From: Bacteroidia bacterium
GTDB taxonomy: Bacteria; Bacteroidota; Bacteroidia; UBA4408
Direction: 5' to 3'
Assembly: GCA_035438985.1 (NCBI GenBank)
Contig: DAORJK010000005.1
Location: forward strand, 47,757-111,756
Length of the DNA stretch: 64,000 nt
Below the pieces are notes generated by a model. It saw nothing but the letters and a program-made list of their open reading frames with translations. It was not told the DNA's origin and made no database searches. Below are positions 9,416 to 19,699 of the stretch, one piece after another (position 1 is the first letter of the stretch; every line of letters starts with the position of its first letter). The position numbers and the translations under genes were made by a program.

Positions 9416-9844
9416 ATGGATGCACATTATTATAATGTTGATTTAGTTTGGAAAAAAAATCGATTAGGTGAATTAAGTTCAATTGAACTTACTGATAAAA
9501 TTGAAGTTGCAACTCCACCCCCATTTGCAAAAGGAATTGAAAAAATATGGTCACCCGAACATCTTTTTACTGCCAGTGTTAACAGTTGCTATATGACCAC
9601 ATTTTTAGCAATTGCCGAAAACTCAAAACTCGAATTCATAACCTTTGAATGTTCCGCTAGCGGCAAACTTGAACAGATCGAAGGAAAGTATGCTATTACA
9701 GAAATAGCTTTAAAACCCATACTTAAACTGGTGTCAGATAAAGACAAGGAACGCGCTGAACGAATTTTGCAAAAATCGGAAGCAGCATGTTTAATTTCCA
9801 ATTCAATTAAATCAAAAGTATCTTTGCAAACAACTATAGTTTAA
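9416..9844 (+). CDS. OsmC/Ohr-family protein. The start is trimmed to the ATG at 9416, because the ORF-track start at 9323 overlaps the preceding rhodanese.
   Basis: OsmC core PEHLFTASVNSCYMTTFLAIAE with a conserved Cys. Confidence 0.7.
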   Translation: MDAHYYNVDLVWKKNRLGELSSIELTDKIEVATPPPFAKGIEKIWSPEHLFTASVNSCYMTTFLAIAENSKLEFITFECSASGKLEQIEGKYAITEIALKPILKLVSDKDKERAERILQKSEAACLISNSIKSKVSLQTTIV

Positions 9845-9847
9845 AAA

Positions 9848-10156
9848 ATGGCAACAAAATTTTCAGATTTAATAAATAGTGATGTTCCTACATTAGTTGA
9901 TTTTTATGCTGAATGGTGCGGACCTTGCAAACAAATGAAACCCATATTAGAATCAGTAAAAAACACAGTAAAAGACCAAGCAAGAATCCTAAAAATTGAC
10001 GTTGATAAAAATCCTCAATTGGCTGCTTCTTTTAATATTCAAGGGGTACCTACCTTATTGCTTTTTAAGTCTGGAGAAGTAAAATGGCGACAATCGGGAG
10101 TAGTTTCTTCTCAGCAACTTAATTCAACATTGGCAAAATTTATCGCAAATGCTTAA
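9848..10156 (+). CDS. trxA: Thioredoxin
   Basis: WCGPCK active site and a 102-aa Trx fold. Confidence 0.85.
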   Translation: MATKFSDLINSDVPTLVDFYAEWCGPCKQMKPILESVKNTVKDQARILKIDVDKNPQLAASFNIQGVPTLLLFKSGEVKWRQSGVVSSQQLNSTLAKFIANA

Positions 10157-10547
10157 AAATATTCTTTATTCAACCCTCTGGAATAAATGCCCTAGGTGTC
10201 ATCAAACATCCGTATTTATTGAAAAAAACCCGTATAATCTGAAAAGATTGTCGCACATGAATACCGCTTGTTCGAACTGTGGCGAAAAATTTGAAAAAGA
10301 ACCCGGTGCTTATTATGGAGCCATGTATGTAAGCTATGCCTTAATGGTTGGATGGTTTGTGGTGTGCTGGGGAGTGGATTCATTTTATATACATTCCGAA
10401 ACGATTCATTTTCTTGCTTTTGTCATAGTTTCTATTGTGCTTTTTATGCCACTCACTTTTCGTATTTCAAGATTACTATGGCTTAATTTTTTTATCAAGT
10501 TTGATAAAACTAAAATTATACCCGGCAATTCATTTAATAATCAGTAA
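10149..10547 (+). CDS. DUF983 family protein with a zinc-ribbon and TM helices. Its ATG overlaps the trx stop in an ATGCTTAA arrangement.
   Basis: CPRC...CSNC zinc-ribbon pairs followed by hydrophobic helices. Confidence 0.6.
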   Translation: MLKNILYSTLWNKCPRCHQTSVFIEKNPYNLKRLSHMNTACSNCGEKFEKEPGAYYGAMYVSYALMVGWFVVCWGVDSFYIHSETIHFLAFVIVSIVLFMPLTFRISRLLWLNFFIKFDKTKIIPGNSFNNQ

Positions 10548-10559
10548 CCCTATTTTTTA

Positions 10560-11282
10560 ATGAAATTAATTAAATCGCTTACTATTTTGCTAATAGTAAT
10601 AACTTACAGTTGTACAGGATTACCTTCTCAAAATAATGCTACAACACTTTCGGTAGTTGACTTTTCAAAAAAAATAAAAGAAATACCCGATGCACCCATA
10701 CTTGATGTTCGAACTCAGGAAGAGTTTGAGAGTGGACACTTAAAAGGTGCAAAAAATATTGATTGGAATGCCGATGACTTTGATTCTAAAATTTCCGTTT
10801 TTGATAAAAATCAAGCGGTATTTGTATATTGTTTGAGTGGTGGAAGAAGTTCTTCAGCTGCCGAAAAAATGCGTTCCATTGGCTTTAAACAAGTGTACGA
10901 AATGGAAGGTGGTATTATGAAATGGCGTAACCAGAATCTGGAATTAGAAGTTGCTGCAGGGAATTCTGAAAAAACTGGAATGACCAGCGAACAATTTACA
11001 ACCTTGGTAACTTCTTCCATACCTGTATTGGTTGATTTTTATGCCGATTGGTGTGTTCCATGTAAAAAAATGAAGCCTTATCTGGATGAATTAACTCGGG
11101 AATATGCAGGTAAGGTTAAGGTGCTTCGAATTAATGCAGATGAAAATCCGACGCTTTGTAAATCACTACAAATAGATGCCCTTCCGGTATTATTATTATA
11201 CAAAAACAATACTCAGGTATGGAAGAATATCGGTTTTATCGACAAAACCTCAGTTGTTTCACAATTGAAGGCAGTTGAATAA
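10560..11282 (+). CDS. Lipoprotein that fuses a rhodanese domain to a thioredoxin domain
   Basis: Lipobox (ITYSC), a rhodanese loop (VYCLSGGRSSSAAE) and a Trx motif (DFYADWCVPCKKM). Confidence 0.75.
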   Translation: MKLIKSLTILLIVITYSCTGLPSQNNATTLSVVDFSKKIKEIPDAPILDVRTQEEFESGHLKGAKNIDWNADDFDSKISVFDKNQAVFVYCLSGGRSSSAAEKMRSIGFKQVYEMEGGIMKWRNQNLELEVAAGNSEKTGMTSEQFTTLVTSSIPVLVDFYADWCVPCKKMKPYLDELTREYAGKVKVLRINADENPTLCKSLQIDALPVLLLYKNNTQVWKNIGFIDKTSVVSQLKAVE

Positions 11283-11320
11283 TTGCATGTTTAGTATCTT
11301 GTGGCAATCATTTTTGTTTC

Positions 11321-11989
11321 ATGTTTAAAAATGCACTTTTTTATATTTCCAGTTTTATAATCGAACGTGAAGTAATTCGCACTTCATCGAAGCACAACAG
11401 AGAGCTAAAAGTTGTTTTAAACAATGGAAAATTAGTGTTGAATTCAGGAAAAGCAAATTACTCTTTTGGAAATTTGCACAAGGTTTTTCAAAAAGTATTT
11501 TCACGTACCCAACTCGCTAAGAAAAATATTAAATCGGCATTGCTACTTGGGTTTGGAACCGGTAGTGTTGCGCATATTTTACGCAATGAATTAAAAATGA
11601 ATTGCCCTATTACCGGGGTCGAACTTGATTCAGAAGTTATAAAATTGGCACATCAATATTTTAAGCTGGCGAGTATACCTGATTGCAAAATTTATGAACA
11701 AGATGCTCAAGAATACATTCAATCAACAAAAGAAAAGTACGATTTAATTGTGGTGGATGTTTTTCATGAAATAGAAGTACCTGATGAGTTACTTCAAGCT
11801 TCTTTTATTGAGCATTTAAAAAATAGACTCACTGCAGCCGGACTAGTGTATTTTAACTTTGTAGTAGATAATTCCAATCAGCGAAATCAACTTACCCAAT
11901 TAAAACAAGTATTTAGCCAACAATTCAGCAACAACAAGACCTATCAGCTGCTCGAGTGTAATTATGTGTTGGTTGGTTTTAAGGAATAA
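11321..11989 (+). CDS. Spermidine-synthase-like class I SAM-methyltransferase-fold protein
   Basis: LLLGFGTGSVAHIL...ITGVELDSEVI...YDLIVVDVF resembles the spermine/spermidine synthase family. Confidence 0.5.
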   Translation: MFKNALFYISSFIIEREVIRTSSKHNRELKVVLNNGKLVLNSGKANYSFGNLHKVFQKVFSRTQLAKKNIKSALLLGFGTGSVAHILRNELKMNCPITGVELDSEVIKLAHQYFKLASIPDCKIYEQDAQEYIQSTKEKYDLIVVDVFHEIEVPDELLQASFIEHLKNRLTAAGLVYFNFVVDNSNQRNQLTQLKQVFSQQFSNNKTYQLLECNYVLVGFKE

Positions 11990-12084
11990 AAATACCTTAA
12001 AATTCGCCTCACTGCAATTGATTTACATTTGCACATTCACACATTTAGCTTACATTTGCACTCCAAAAAATTAAAATTATAATT

Positions 12085-12645
12085 ATGGCAACAACTTCAG
12101 ATATTGGCGTAGGGTCATTTATTCGTTTCAACAATGAATTGTGTTTAATTACTGAATATCAACACCGCACTCCTGGTAACTTAAGAGCATTTTATCAGGC
12201 TAAAATGAAAAACTTTAAATCCGGAAAATCGGTTGAATATCGTTTTCGTTCGGGTGAAGAAGTTGAATTAGCACGTGTTGAATACCGCATGTTGCAATAC
12301 ATTTATGCTGAGGGCGATAATATAGTGTGCATGGACAATGCAACTTTTGAGCAATTGGAAATTCCTTCAAATTTATTTGGTGAAGGTTTAAATTTCATGA
12401 AAGAAGGCATGGAAGTTAAAGTGGCATTTGAAAACGAATTACCCATTGCTGCTGAACCTCCGACATTCGTTGAATTGGTAATTACCTACACCGAACCCGG
12501 CTTAAAAGGCGATACTGCTACCAACACATTGAAACAAGCCACTGTTGAAACCGGTGCTATTATTAATGTTCCTTTGTTTTGTAATGAAGGCGATAAAATT
12601 AAAATTGATACACGCACCTTTAGCTACAGCGAGCGTGTTAAATAA
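12085..12645 (+). CDS. efp: Elongation factor P
   Basis: Characteristic EF-P N-terminus and length (186 aa). Confidence 0.9.
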   Translation: MATTSDIGVGSFIRFNNELCLITEYQHRTPGNLRAFYQAKMKNFKSGKSVEYRFRSGEEVELARVEYRMLQYIYAEGDNIVCMDNATFEQLEIPSNLFGEGLNFMKEGMEVKVAFENELPIAAEPPTFVELVITYTEPGLKGDTATNTLKQATVETGAIINVPLFCNEGDKIKIDTRTFSYSERVK

Positions 12646-12663
12646 AAGTAACAAAATGAAAGA

Positions 12664-12698
12664 TAAGGCTAATTCCAAGTTGGGGTTAGCCTTTTTTA
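12664..12698 (+). terminator. Rho-independent terminator after efp
   Basis: Hairpin AAGGCTAA...TTAGCCTT followed by a T-run. Confidence 0.6.
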
Positions 12699-12742
12699 AT
12701 ATATAAATAGTAACTTTAGAGTTCCAAAATTTACGACTACTC

Positions 12743-13675
12743 ATGCAATTAGCTCCATCACAAACCTTACAGAAAATAGCACAATTAATTAATGCAAAAT
12801 ATGTTGGTTCTGCCGATTTTGAGATTACCGGAATCAATGAAATTCATATGGTTGAAAAAGGTGATTTAACCTTTGTCGACCATCCTAAATATTACGACAA
12901 AGCCCTGCAATCAAAGGCAACAACTATACTTATTAACAAAGAAGTTGTATGCCCTGAAGGTAAATCTCTTATTATATCCGATGATCCTTTTCGCGACTAT
13001 GTTTACTTGTGTAAACATTTCCGAACTTTTACTGCCGCCACTCAGTTCATTAGTAATACAGCTAGAATAGGAGCCGGTACAATACTGCAACCGGGAGTTT
13101 TTGTTGGAGAAGAAGTTCAAATTGGAAAAAACTGTTTAATTCATTCCAATGTGAGTATTTACGATCATACAGTAATAGGCGACAACGTGGTGATTCATGC
13201 CGGCACAGTGCTTGGCGCTGATGCCTTCTACTTTAAAAAGCGACCTACCGGTTTCGATAAAATGTATTCATGCGGACGTGTTGTAATCGAAGACGATGTT
13301 GAAATTGGCGCCCTTTGCACCATCGATAAAGGAGTTTCGGGAGATACTCGAATCGGAAAAGGAAGCAAACTCGACAATCAAATTCACATTGGCCATGATA
13401 CAATTGTTGGAAAAAATTGCCTGATGGCTGCTCAAGTTGGTGTTGCCGGAGTGGTTGTAATTGAAGATGAAGTAACCTTATGGGGACAAGTAGGTGTTCA
13501 AAAGGATTTAACGATAGGCAAAGGTGCTGTAGTACTTGGTCAATCAGGTGTAGGAAAAAGCATTGAGGGAAATAAAACCTATTTTGGTTCACCGGTGCAG
13601 GATGCGAGAAACAAGATGAAAGAAATAGCTTATTTAAAGCGCATAAATGAATTGTTTGAAAACGAAAACCAATAA
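12743..13675 (+). CDS. lpxD: UDP-3-O-(3-hydroxyacyl)glucosamine N-acyltransferase
   Basis: LpxD N-terminal domain plus left-handed beta-helix hexapeptide repeats. Confidence 0.85.
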   Translation: MQLAPSQTLQKIAQLINAKYVGSADFEITGINEIHMVEKGDLTFVDHPKYYDKALQSKATTILINKEVVCPEGKSLIISDDPFRDYVYLCKHFRTFTAATQFISNTARIGAGTILQPGVFVGEEVQIGKNCLIHSNVSIYDHTVIGDNVVIHAGTVLGADAFYFKKRPTGFDKMYSCGRVVIEDDVEIGALCTIDKGVSGDTRIGKGSKLDNQIHIGHDTIVGKNCLMAAQVGVAGVVVIEDEVTLWGQVGVQKDLTIGKGAVVLGQSGVGKSIEGNKTYFGSPVQDARNKMKEIAYLKRINELFENENQ

Positions 13676-13702
13676 GTATAACTTACCTTTTGTAGTAATT
13701 GT

Positions 13703-14941
13703 ATGAAGAAAGACGAAGCTAAAGAACGTGGCGAAGGTGTACTTTCTCGCAGAAAAATGAATAACCTTAAGCTTAAATCGCTACTCGAAATTACCAAAGC
13801 GATTAACAGCAACGTAGGTACACAGGAATTATTTACCATCTATGAACATATCTTAGTTAACGACCTTAAAATTGGTAAGTTGGCTCTTTTTATCCATGCC
13901 TCCGACTGGATTTGTGTGTTGAAAAAGGGCATGGAACAAGTTGTTGAAGACGATATACAATTTGATGAAAACATACTAAAGTTTAAAGAAATTACCGAAA
14001 TTAATGTCTATGGAAATTCAGATAGTTTTGATGTGGTAATTCCGGTTTTTCACAATTCTAAAGCCATCGCTTATTTATTAATTGGCGATTTGGATGAAGA
14101 TAAATTGGAGATGAGTCCAACGATTAAGCACTTACCCTTTATACAAACGCTCACCAACATTATTTTAGTTGCCATCGAAAATCAAAAGCTAACACTTGAA
14201 AATATTCGTCAAGAGGGAGAAAAAAAGGAAATGAAAATGGCTTCCGAAATGCAGTCCATGCTATTTCCAAGCTCTTTACCTAACGACGATAAATTAGAAA
14301 TTGCAGCTTATTATCAACCACATCAGCAAGTGGGTGGCGATTATTACGATTTTATTCGACTCAACAAAAATGAGGTTGTTTTTTGCATGGCTGATGTTTC
14401 GGGAAAAGGAGTATCGGCAGCTCTTTTAATGGCTAATTTTCAGGCTAATTTAAGGGCTTTATTTAGGCACAATTCATCCTTACCTGAAGTAATTCTTGAA
14501 CTAAATGAATTGGTATTTAAAAATGCGATGGGTGAAAAATTCATCACACTTTTCGTTGCAAAATACAATACAGTAACCAAGGTTCTTACCTATATAAATG
14601 CAGGTCACAACCCTCCTCTCTTGCTTTCAAAAAGTAATCCAATGATGCTCACTACCGGTTGTATTGGCTTAGGTATGCTTGAAGAAATTCCGCGAATTAA
14701 AGAAGGTATTATTACTGTTGCAGAAGGCAGTATTTTACTTTGCTATACAGATGGCTTAGTTGAGCAAAACAATAATATGGATGAAGAATTTGGTTTTGAG
14801 AATATGGCCAATGTGCTCATGCGAAAATCAAATTTACCCATGTTTGAAGTCAACAATCACTTAATTAATTCGCTCAATAAATTCAAACAAAATAGGCCGT
14901 ATATTGATGATATAGCCTTATTAAGTTGTCGCTTTATTTAA
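13703..14941 (+). CDS. PP2C/SpoIIE-family serine phosphatase with an N-terminal GAF-like sensor domain
   Basis: Metal-binding motifs (GGDYYDF, CMADVSGKGVSAALLM, YTDGLVE). Confidence 0.75.
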   Translation: MKKDEAKERGEGVLSRRKMNNLKLKSLLEITKAINSNVGTQELFTIYEHILVNDLKIGKLALFIHASDWICVLKKGMEQVVEDDIQFDENILKFKEITEINVYGNSDSFDVVIPVFHNSKAIAYLLIGDLDEDKLEMSPTIKHLPFIQTLTNIILVAIENQKLTLENIRQEGEKKEMKMASEMQSMLFPSSLPNDDKLEIAAYYQPHQQVGGDYYDFIRLNKNEVVFCMADVSGKGVSAALLMANFQANLRALFRHNSSLPEVILELNELVFKNAMGEKFITLFVAKYNTVTKVLTYINAGHNPPLLLSKSNPMMLTTGCIGLGMLEEIPRIKEGIITVAEGSILLCYTDGLVEQNNNMDEEFGFENMANVLMRKSNLPMFEVNNHLINSLNKFKQNRPYIDDIALLSCRFI

Positions 14942-16357
14942 TTTTTTTGATTGGTATAAATCAATGGCAACAATGGCAGCAACAAAAGCCCAAAAAGGTA
15001 CCGATGCTTTGTCCTGATCCAAAAAATTATTGAGTATTCCGTGCACAAAATAGGTAATCAATCCTAATAAAAACACAAGCGCATATACTCTTGCTTCGCG
15101 ACTTTCAACACGGTTGTAAACACGCAATCCGGTTACAATAATTGTTGTAAATAATACCAACACCAATATTAATCCTAGAATTCCCTGCTCAGCTAAAGGA
15201 CCAATATACTCGCTATGAGCATTCCCATTATCGCCATTGTTGGTACTAATAATGGTTTTTTCATACGAAAATTGATAAGGGGCATATTTAAACATATAGG
15301 TTCCCGGACCAAAGCCAAAAACCGGACGCTCTTTAAACATCCTTATAGCACAACTCCATCGATTTACCCTTTCGAGGTTCGACGCATCCGACGAAATGTT
15401 GGAAATTGATTGCACATGTTCGGTTAAATTGTTGGAAGAGTCTTGACGGTTTTTTTCGAGCTTCATAAAAATTTGCTCTTGAAAGGTTAAAAACAAAACT
15501 ATCAATGTTACTGCAGAAAGTAGGAAAGTTAGGAATTTAATGCGTAATAATATTAATACATAAACTCCGGTTGCAGCTGCTAAACTAACCCAGGCAGCGC
15601 GTGTGTATGAAAAAACCAGTCCAACTAAAAATACAAAAAGGATAATCCAGGCTATAACTTTAGCGAAAGGATTAGTTTTAATGGTGGTACTTAACCCTAT
15701 CACAACCGGAATAAATAGCGCCAACAATGCTCCATACACCGTATGATCAGCATAAAATGGCCACATCACCCAATGCGCAGAATCTTCGTCAAATCCATGC
15801 TGACTATGCAATACAACCGTGTAAATAATAACAGCTGTCATTGGAATAACCGAAAGCCAGATTAATTTTTTAATGTTGTCAAGATTTTTAAATAGTTGTA
15901 TTCCTAAAAAGTAAAACGTACAAACAAACCATAATCTGGCAAGTAAAAACTTAAATGAAACAAGTGGCATTGATGACGATAAACAAGTAATTGAAGTCCA
16001 TGCTAATGAAATAAGCAAGGCAATACTTACCGGGTGTCGAATTATACTTTTTTCAATTTTACCTTCATACAATAAGCGAATAATAAATAACAACAAAATA
16101 CCAAACATTAAGGGTTCGGTTGGCATACTAAAAGCTATTTGGAAATCTGGATTTTTATACTCAACTGCCAGCGGTGTTGCAAACAGTATAAACAACATTA
16201 GTTTGTCTAATGCATAAATATAAAGCAATACGAGGCTAGCTGCAATGGGTAAGGCCAAAAACCAATATTGCTCTTTTACAATACATACCGCCGAAGCAAT
16301 AATAAATAGGATACTAAATAAGTATAAACTGCGTATATGTAATTTATCAATCACCAA
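14921..16357 (-). CDS. O-antigen ligase-like (Wzy_C) polytopic membrane protein
   Basis: About 10-12 TM helices with a large periplasmic loop, typical of the WaaL/Wzy_C family. Its end overlaps the convergent phosphatase gene by 21 nt. Confidence 0.65.
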   Translation of the reverse strand: MVIDKLHIRSLYLFSILFIIASAVCIVKEQYWFLALPIAASLVLLYIYALDKLMLFILFATPLAVEYKNPDFQIAFSMPTEPLMFGILLLFIIRLLYEGKIEKSIIRHPVSIALLISLAWTSITCLSSSMPLVSFKFLLARLWFVCTFYFLGIQLFKNLDNIKKLIWLSVIPMTAVIIYTVVLHSQHGFDEDSAHWVMWPFYADHTVYGALLALFIPVVIGLSTTIKTNPFAKVIAWIILFVFLVGLVFSYTRAAWVSLAAATGVYVLILLRIKFLTFLLSAVTLIVLFLTFQEQIFMKLEKNRQDSSNNLTEHVQSISNISSDASNLERVNRWSCAIRMFKERPVFGFGPGTYMFKYAPYQFSYEKTIISTNNGDNGNAHSEYIGPLAEQGILGLILVLVLFTTIIVTGLRVYNRVESREARVYALVFLLGLITYFVHGILNNFLDQDKASVPFWAFVAAIVAIDLYQSKKLNKATT

Positions 16358-16364
16358 AAGGAAT

Positions 16365-17336
16365 TTATTTTTCTATAATTTCAGTAAAAGCAGTCTTTCT
16401 GTCGATGTATCCGATAACAATGAGTGCAAAGAAAATTGAGGAAATTGCACTGATCAATACAATCATCCAACGCACCGGATACGATTTTTTATTAGCAGGT
16501 GATGGTTTCGATACCAAATTTGAATAGGTAAGTTTCTTATCCATATCGGTTCTAACCAAATTGTATTCTTCCAATTTTCTAAAATAAAATGACTTTTGTG
16601 AATTAATTAAATTTTTAAGCGTCAAGTATTCTCCACCTTTTTCTTGAAAATTTCGCATCAATTTAACCGCTTCTACATCTTTTAGTTTTTCAACATTGGA
16701 AGAACTTCCGGCAGTTTTTAAATAACCGCGGGTAACTTCTTTTACTTGTGCATCAAATTCAGTAATTCCATAATCGGTGCGTAAAATTTTAATAGCACTA
16801 TCCATCGAGTCGATGTTATTTTTAATATCGGTTAATTGTTTTTTGTACATCACAATTAATTCGGCCGAACTTTTACGTTGTAAGCTACGTGCTAACAAAT
16901 TTGCTTGATTTATAATTTCATTTACAATTACACAAGCCGTATCAGGATCCGTATCCAATACCTTAATCTCAGCCGATTCCAGATCGGTTTTACCAATGGT
17001 TACATTTTCTGACCACTCGGCCAAAACATAAGATTTGCCTAAGGGATAGCTATCGTCAATTTTGTAATGTTGTGCGAGGTGAAACTTAGTTAAAACACAA
17101 TCGCGTACAGCTACCGACTGCAATAATTGTAATAACTGTTCAGTGGTTGATTCCTCACCATAAGGCAATAAATTTATTGGATACGCTACTGCAGTTGATT
17201 TGTACTTTGGTTTGATAAAGAGGCTGCTCGAAAAAAATGCAGAGCTGCCAACCGAAATAATCAACACAATAATCAATTGCTTCTTCCATTTCAAAATTAG
17301 CTGAAGCATGTTGGAGCTATTAAATTCCTGAGCCAT
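16365..17336 (-). CDS. Wzz-like polysaccharide co-polymerase (chain-length determinant), paralog B
   Basis: N-terminal Wzz motif (LILKWKKQLIIVLIISVGS...KPKYKSTAVAYP), a periplasmic coiled-coil region and a C-terminal TM helix. Confidence 0.65.
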   Translation of the reverse strand: MAQEFNSSNMLQLILKWKKQLIIVLIISVGSSAFFSSSLFIKPKYKSTAVAYPINLLPYGEESTTEQLLQLLQSVAVRDCVLTKFHLAQHYKIDDSYPLGKSYVLAEWSENVTIGKTDLESAEIKVLDTDPDTACVIVNEIINQANLLARSLQRKSSAELIVMYKKQLTDIKNNIDSMDSAIKILRTDYGITEFDAQVKEVTRGYLKTAGSSSNVEKLKDVEAVKLMRNFQEKGGEYLTLKNLINSQKSFYFRKLEEYNLVRTDMDKKLTYSNLVSKPSPANKKSYPVRWMIVLISAISSIFFALIVIGYIDRKTAFTEIIEK

Positions 17337-18356
17337 TTATTTTTTGTTTATAGTGTAATAGTTTTCGTATCCAATAATAAAAAGTAATGCAAATAAAAGC
17401 GAGGATATCATACTAGCAGCTATAACCAGCCATCGAATTGGGTACGACTTTTTCTCAGCTATGTAACCGCGATTAATGATAAATTTTGCCGCTATATTTT
17501 TTTCAGCATCAACCTTTGCTTCTTGATATTTGGCTTTAACCAAACTCAATTGTTCACGTAATAACTCAACATAATTTCCCATCGAAAGATAGGCACCGCC
17601 ATATTCTGACAAGATTTTAATTTTATCTTCCAGTTGTTTCACTCCTGCATTGTTTCCTTTTGCTAAGGCAGTTGCATATTGTTCGTTAAAAGCAGCCGAT
17701 TGACTTTCGTAATCGTTTATTCCCATTCGACGCAAGGTTTTCAATGAATCTTCAATATCCTTTATTTCTTGCTTTAGCCCGTAATATTCACCTTCAACAA
17801 TTTTTAATCCCATCATCGCACGTTCATGCTGCACTTTGTTTTTAATGGTATCGAGTAAACTCGAAATATCATTTGCAATATCGCAGGCTATTTTAGGGTC
17901 TTTATCCAATACTTCAATTTTAACCGACATTAATTCGGTTCTCCTAAAGCTGATGTTGTCTTCGTATTTATCGTATAATTTAGTGAGTTTGTATTTTTCG
18001 TTATCGCCAATTTCGTAATGATGCAGCAAATCATACTTTTGACAGATACGTTCGCGAATTTCATCTGAATTTAAAATTTGTAGCAACTGTTCAGCTTCGG
18101 CTTCTTCTCCGAATTTTAAAATATCATCTTTTTCCTGTGGATTTAAAATTAAGAGTGATTTAGAAATGGATGCAGTACTTGCAGGAAATAGCACCACTGT
18201 GGATTTAAATTTAGGCTCAAGCACAAAAAATGCCACAATAGTAGAAATCAAAAAAGCAATGCCTGCAACTGTTGCTAATTGCTTTTTCCATTTCAATACC
18301 AATGCAATCAAATTAGAAGAGTTAAATTCTCTTTGCCCGTTCGAATTTTCCAACAT
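17337..18356 (-). CDS. Wzz-like polysaccharide co-polymerase, paralog A. It directly abuts paralog B in tandem.
   Basis: Same architecture as paralog B (LVLKWKKQLATVAGIAFLISTIVAFF...PKFKSTVVLFP plus a C-terminal TM). Confidence 0.65.
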   Translation of the reverse strand: MLENSNGQREFNSSNLIALVLKWKKQLATVAGIAFLISTIVAFFVLEPKFKSTVVLFPASTASISKSLLILNPQEKDDILKFGEEAEAEQLLQILNSDEIRERICQKYDLLHHYEIGDNEKYKLTKLYDKYEDNISFRRTELMSVKIEVLDKDPKIACDIANDISSLLDTIKNKVQHERAMMGLKIVEGEYYGLKQEIKDIEDSLKTLRRMGINDYESQSAAFNEQYATALAKGNNAGVKQLEDKIKILSEYGGAYLSMGNYVELLREQLSLVKAKYQEAKVDAEKNIAAKFIINRGYIAEKKSYPIRWLVIAASMISSLLFALLFIIGYENYYTINKK

Positions 18357-18751
18357 AGCGGTTAAAAATGATAAGGCGGCAAAAATAGAAAAAATATCGG
18401 ACTAAGCGCTACCTTATTCTTGCATCGAAAAATATACGATTTTTTTGAATAATTGATTTTTCATTCCACATACAATTCTGATTGATTGGTTACTAAATCA
18501 AGTGATTTTACTAAACTAAACTGTTTACAAAATGCCTCCTTGCAGGTAGCTATTCAAGCATAATTCACTGCAATAAATATGTGTGTATAGAGTAATTTTT
18601 AGATTTATTTCATAAGGTCCATTCAAAGTTCTATCAATGGGATAAAATGGAAATCTGAAATAGTTCTTCCAAAATAGTAAATCAATTAATTTCAGTTTGA
18701 TACTGAGGTAGAATCGTAAAAATTTTGATAAAGAAATTGCAGGTTGCTAAT

Positions 18752-19657
18752 TTAATTACCCATTATTTTGCTGTACTTACTTGAATTACCCGGATCAATC
18801 ACATTTAAAACGTTTAGCAATTTTGCTTTTTGTTCAGGAAATGCAGGGGTAAAAATATTTACAATTTCATCCGCTTTGGCGTTAAAAAACACTTGCATTA
18901 AATATGAATTTGGGGTTACATCGTAAGTAGTTTTCAAGCTAATTAAACACTCTGATATAGCATTTCGCCCATCTTCCATTTTGGTACTCATTAAATCCAA
19001 TCCGGTTCGGTGATACTTATACATTGCTTGCCGGATGAGTTTATAATTCGAATTGAGCATATTTTCACAAAACCAATATTTGTTTTTATCACCATCAAAC
19101 GATTTCCAGCCTTTATCGGTTGCCGACTGTGCATTGTTTACCACTGTTTGTGCTTTTACAAAAAATGGTTGCCCACCGTTCAGTGAAAAACTATCATAAT
19201 CAATTCCAATGATCATATATGCATAAAAGGATAGCATCGAACTCAAATTGTCGGTGTATGTATTTTCAGCAAAAACTATGGGTTGAAATTCAACGTACTT
19301 AAAAGTAAAATCATTGTCCATGTAATTCAATAAATTTGAACTATACGAACTTTTATAAATCGGTCGACGAATTTGGAGTTGCATGGTGGCTTTAAATTCG
19401 TCAACACCTATGCGCTCGGTAATATTAATGAGCATGCTGCATTCAATACGTTCTTCGGTTTTAAATATATCATTGGTCCATTTTGTACTGTTTATAAACT
19501 CGAAGATTGACTTTTGCATACTTGAATAGATCTTCTTATCGGTACCGGAAATTTGAGTTGAATTCACAGTTACAGAACAATTCAGCTCTTGAGCCAACAG
19601 TGTTCCAACATTAAATACACTAAAAAAAATGATTGCAATTAATTTGTGTTTCATCAT
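18752..19657 (-). CDS. DUF4835-family secreted protein
   Basis: Signal peptide plus a conserved position next to coaBC, as in other Flavobacteriia. The family assignment is from memory of this synteny. Confidence 0.55.
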   Translation of the reverse strand: MMKHKLIAIIFFSVFNVGTLLAQELNCSVTVNSTQISGTDKKIYSSMQKSIFEFINSTKWTNDIFKTEERIECSMLINITERIGVDEFKATMQLQIRRPIYKSSYSSNLLNYMDNDFTFKYVEFQPIVFAENTYTDNLSSMLSFYAYMIIGIDYDSFSLNGGQPFFVKAQTVVNNAQSATDKGWKSFDGDKNKYWFCENMLNSNYKLIRQAMYKYHRTGLDLMSTKMEDGRNAISECLISLKTTYDVTPNSYLMQVFFNAKADEIVNIFTPAFPEQKAKLLNVLNVIDPGNSSKYSKIMGN

Positions 19658-19699
19658 TATTACCGCCTTGAATTGAATCTATATTGGATGCTAATTGAG

